A stretch of 64,000 nucleotides of DNA from Malacoraja senta (Eukaryota): assembly GCA_038087875.1 (NCBI GenBank), contig CM075992.1, positions 6,450,001 through 6,514,000 of the forward strand, written 5' to 3'. This document shows positions 63,023 through 64,000 of this stretch, piece by piece. A program made the translations under genes and the position numbers. The notes under the pieces are model-generated. The model worked only from the letters and a program-made list of their open reading frames with translations, did not search any database and was not told the origin of the DNA. How positions within the stretch are numbered: position 1 is the stretch's first letter; the number at the start of each line of letters is the position of its first letter.

Positions 63023-64000
63023 ACATTATGAATTATTCTGCTCCCCATAGGCATCCAGATCACCACTGCATAGGGTGCAGAGTACAAAGGGTTTTTTACT
63101 TAACTCACTGCCTGCAGTTTTAAACGCAAGACCCAACACCCAGCATCAAATGGAATAACCCTGTTCCTGCTCTCTGAGGCAGCCATAATCTTGTCCATCT
63201 CCATCCAGTCTCCTCTTCAATCCAAGGAGACAATCCTGGCTTGCCCCGTTTAACCCCTAGGGCTGAAATCCCCTTCATTCCTGGGAACGTTCTTCCAGCT
63301 TTCTCCCCCAGAGTACAATTTAGAGGGATACGGTCAAACGCAGGCAGGTGGGACTAGTATAGATGGAACATGTTGGCCATTGTGGGCAAGCGTGGCCTGT
63401 TTCTACGCTGTTTGACTCTATGAATCAGTTTGAACAATCGCCCCGACTCAAGATGCTGTCTATCCACATCCTCCAGAGATGCTATGTGACCCGCTGAGTT
63501 CCTCCAGCACTTTGTGCCAACTTTCCAGTAAATCTTCCCGAATCCTCCGAGATCTTCGCCACCTCCTCAACCACGGAGACTAGAATTGGACGCAACGTCC
63601 CATTTGCGAGGTGGTAGCTGTTGAGCGACATAGCGTTCAGCTCATCAAGTCCACATCAGCAACCTCGCACCCATTTGCACCAATCATGCACTTCTTCTAT
63701 TTTATCTTCCTGCATCCCTACCAACGCGGCCCAAATTAAATCACTCACCTCTACACTGTGGGCCAAGTTACCTACCAATATATATGTCGTTGAGATGTGC
63801 GAAGAAACTGGAGGAAACACTTGCAGGCACACCGTGAGTTTGCAAACTCCACATAGACAGCAGCGGTCAGGATTGAGACAGTGCCTCTACAGTTGAGTTG
63901 AGTTCATTGTCAAGCTTTTTGTTGCGTGCTATTCAGTCAGCGGAAAGACAATACGTGATTACAGACGATCCATTTATAATGTATAGATACATGATAAAGG

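Overview
Repeat-dense vertebrate genomic DNA, most likely from a cartilaginous fish (skate/ray-like, inferred from HE1-type V-SINEs and CR1, Rex1/Babar and Penelope repeats), with one 200-N gap. It holds two convergent, partial protein-coding genes. (1) + strand: the last nine coding exons (1880-19180) of a divergent RNF220-like C3HC4 RING E3 ligase, including a U12-type intron followed by a GC-AG intron. (2) - strand: exons 2 and 3 of a KLF1/2/4/17-group Kruppel-like factor, most like KLF1 (57891-55172), with a probable ~2.9 kb 3' UTR; exon 1 was not found. The rest is TEs and microsatellites. Notable items: many Penelope-derived repeats carrying minimal hammerhead-ribozyme cores, often as inverted pairs; a complete 768-bp miniature LTR retrotransposon with unevenly diverged LTRs; a 5'-truncated L1 with a perfect 34-bp hairpin in its 3' UTR; a teleost AFC-like CORE-SINE; Harbinger, hAT and Helitron-like miniature elements; and three candidate CTCF sites between the genes. 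Homology statements come from recalled family sequences, not searches. Exon and motif coordinates were counted by hand and TE boundaries are approximate.
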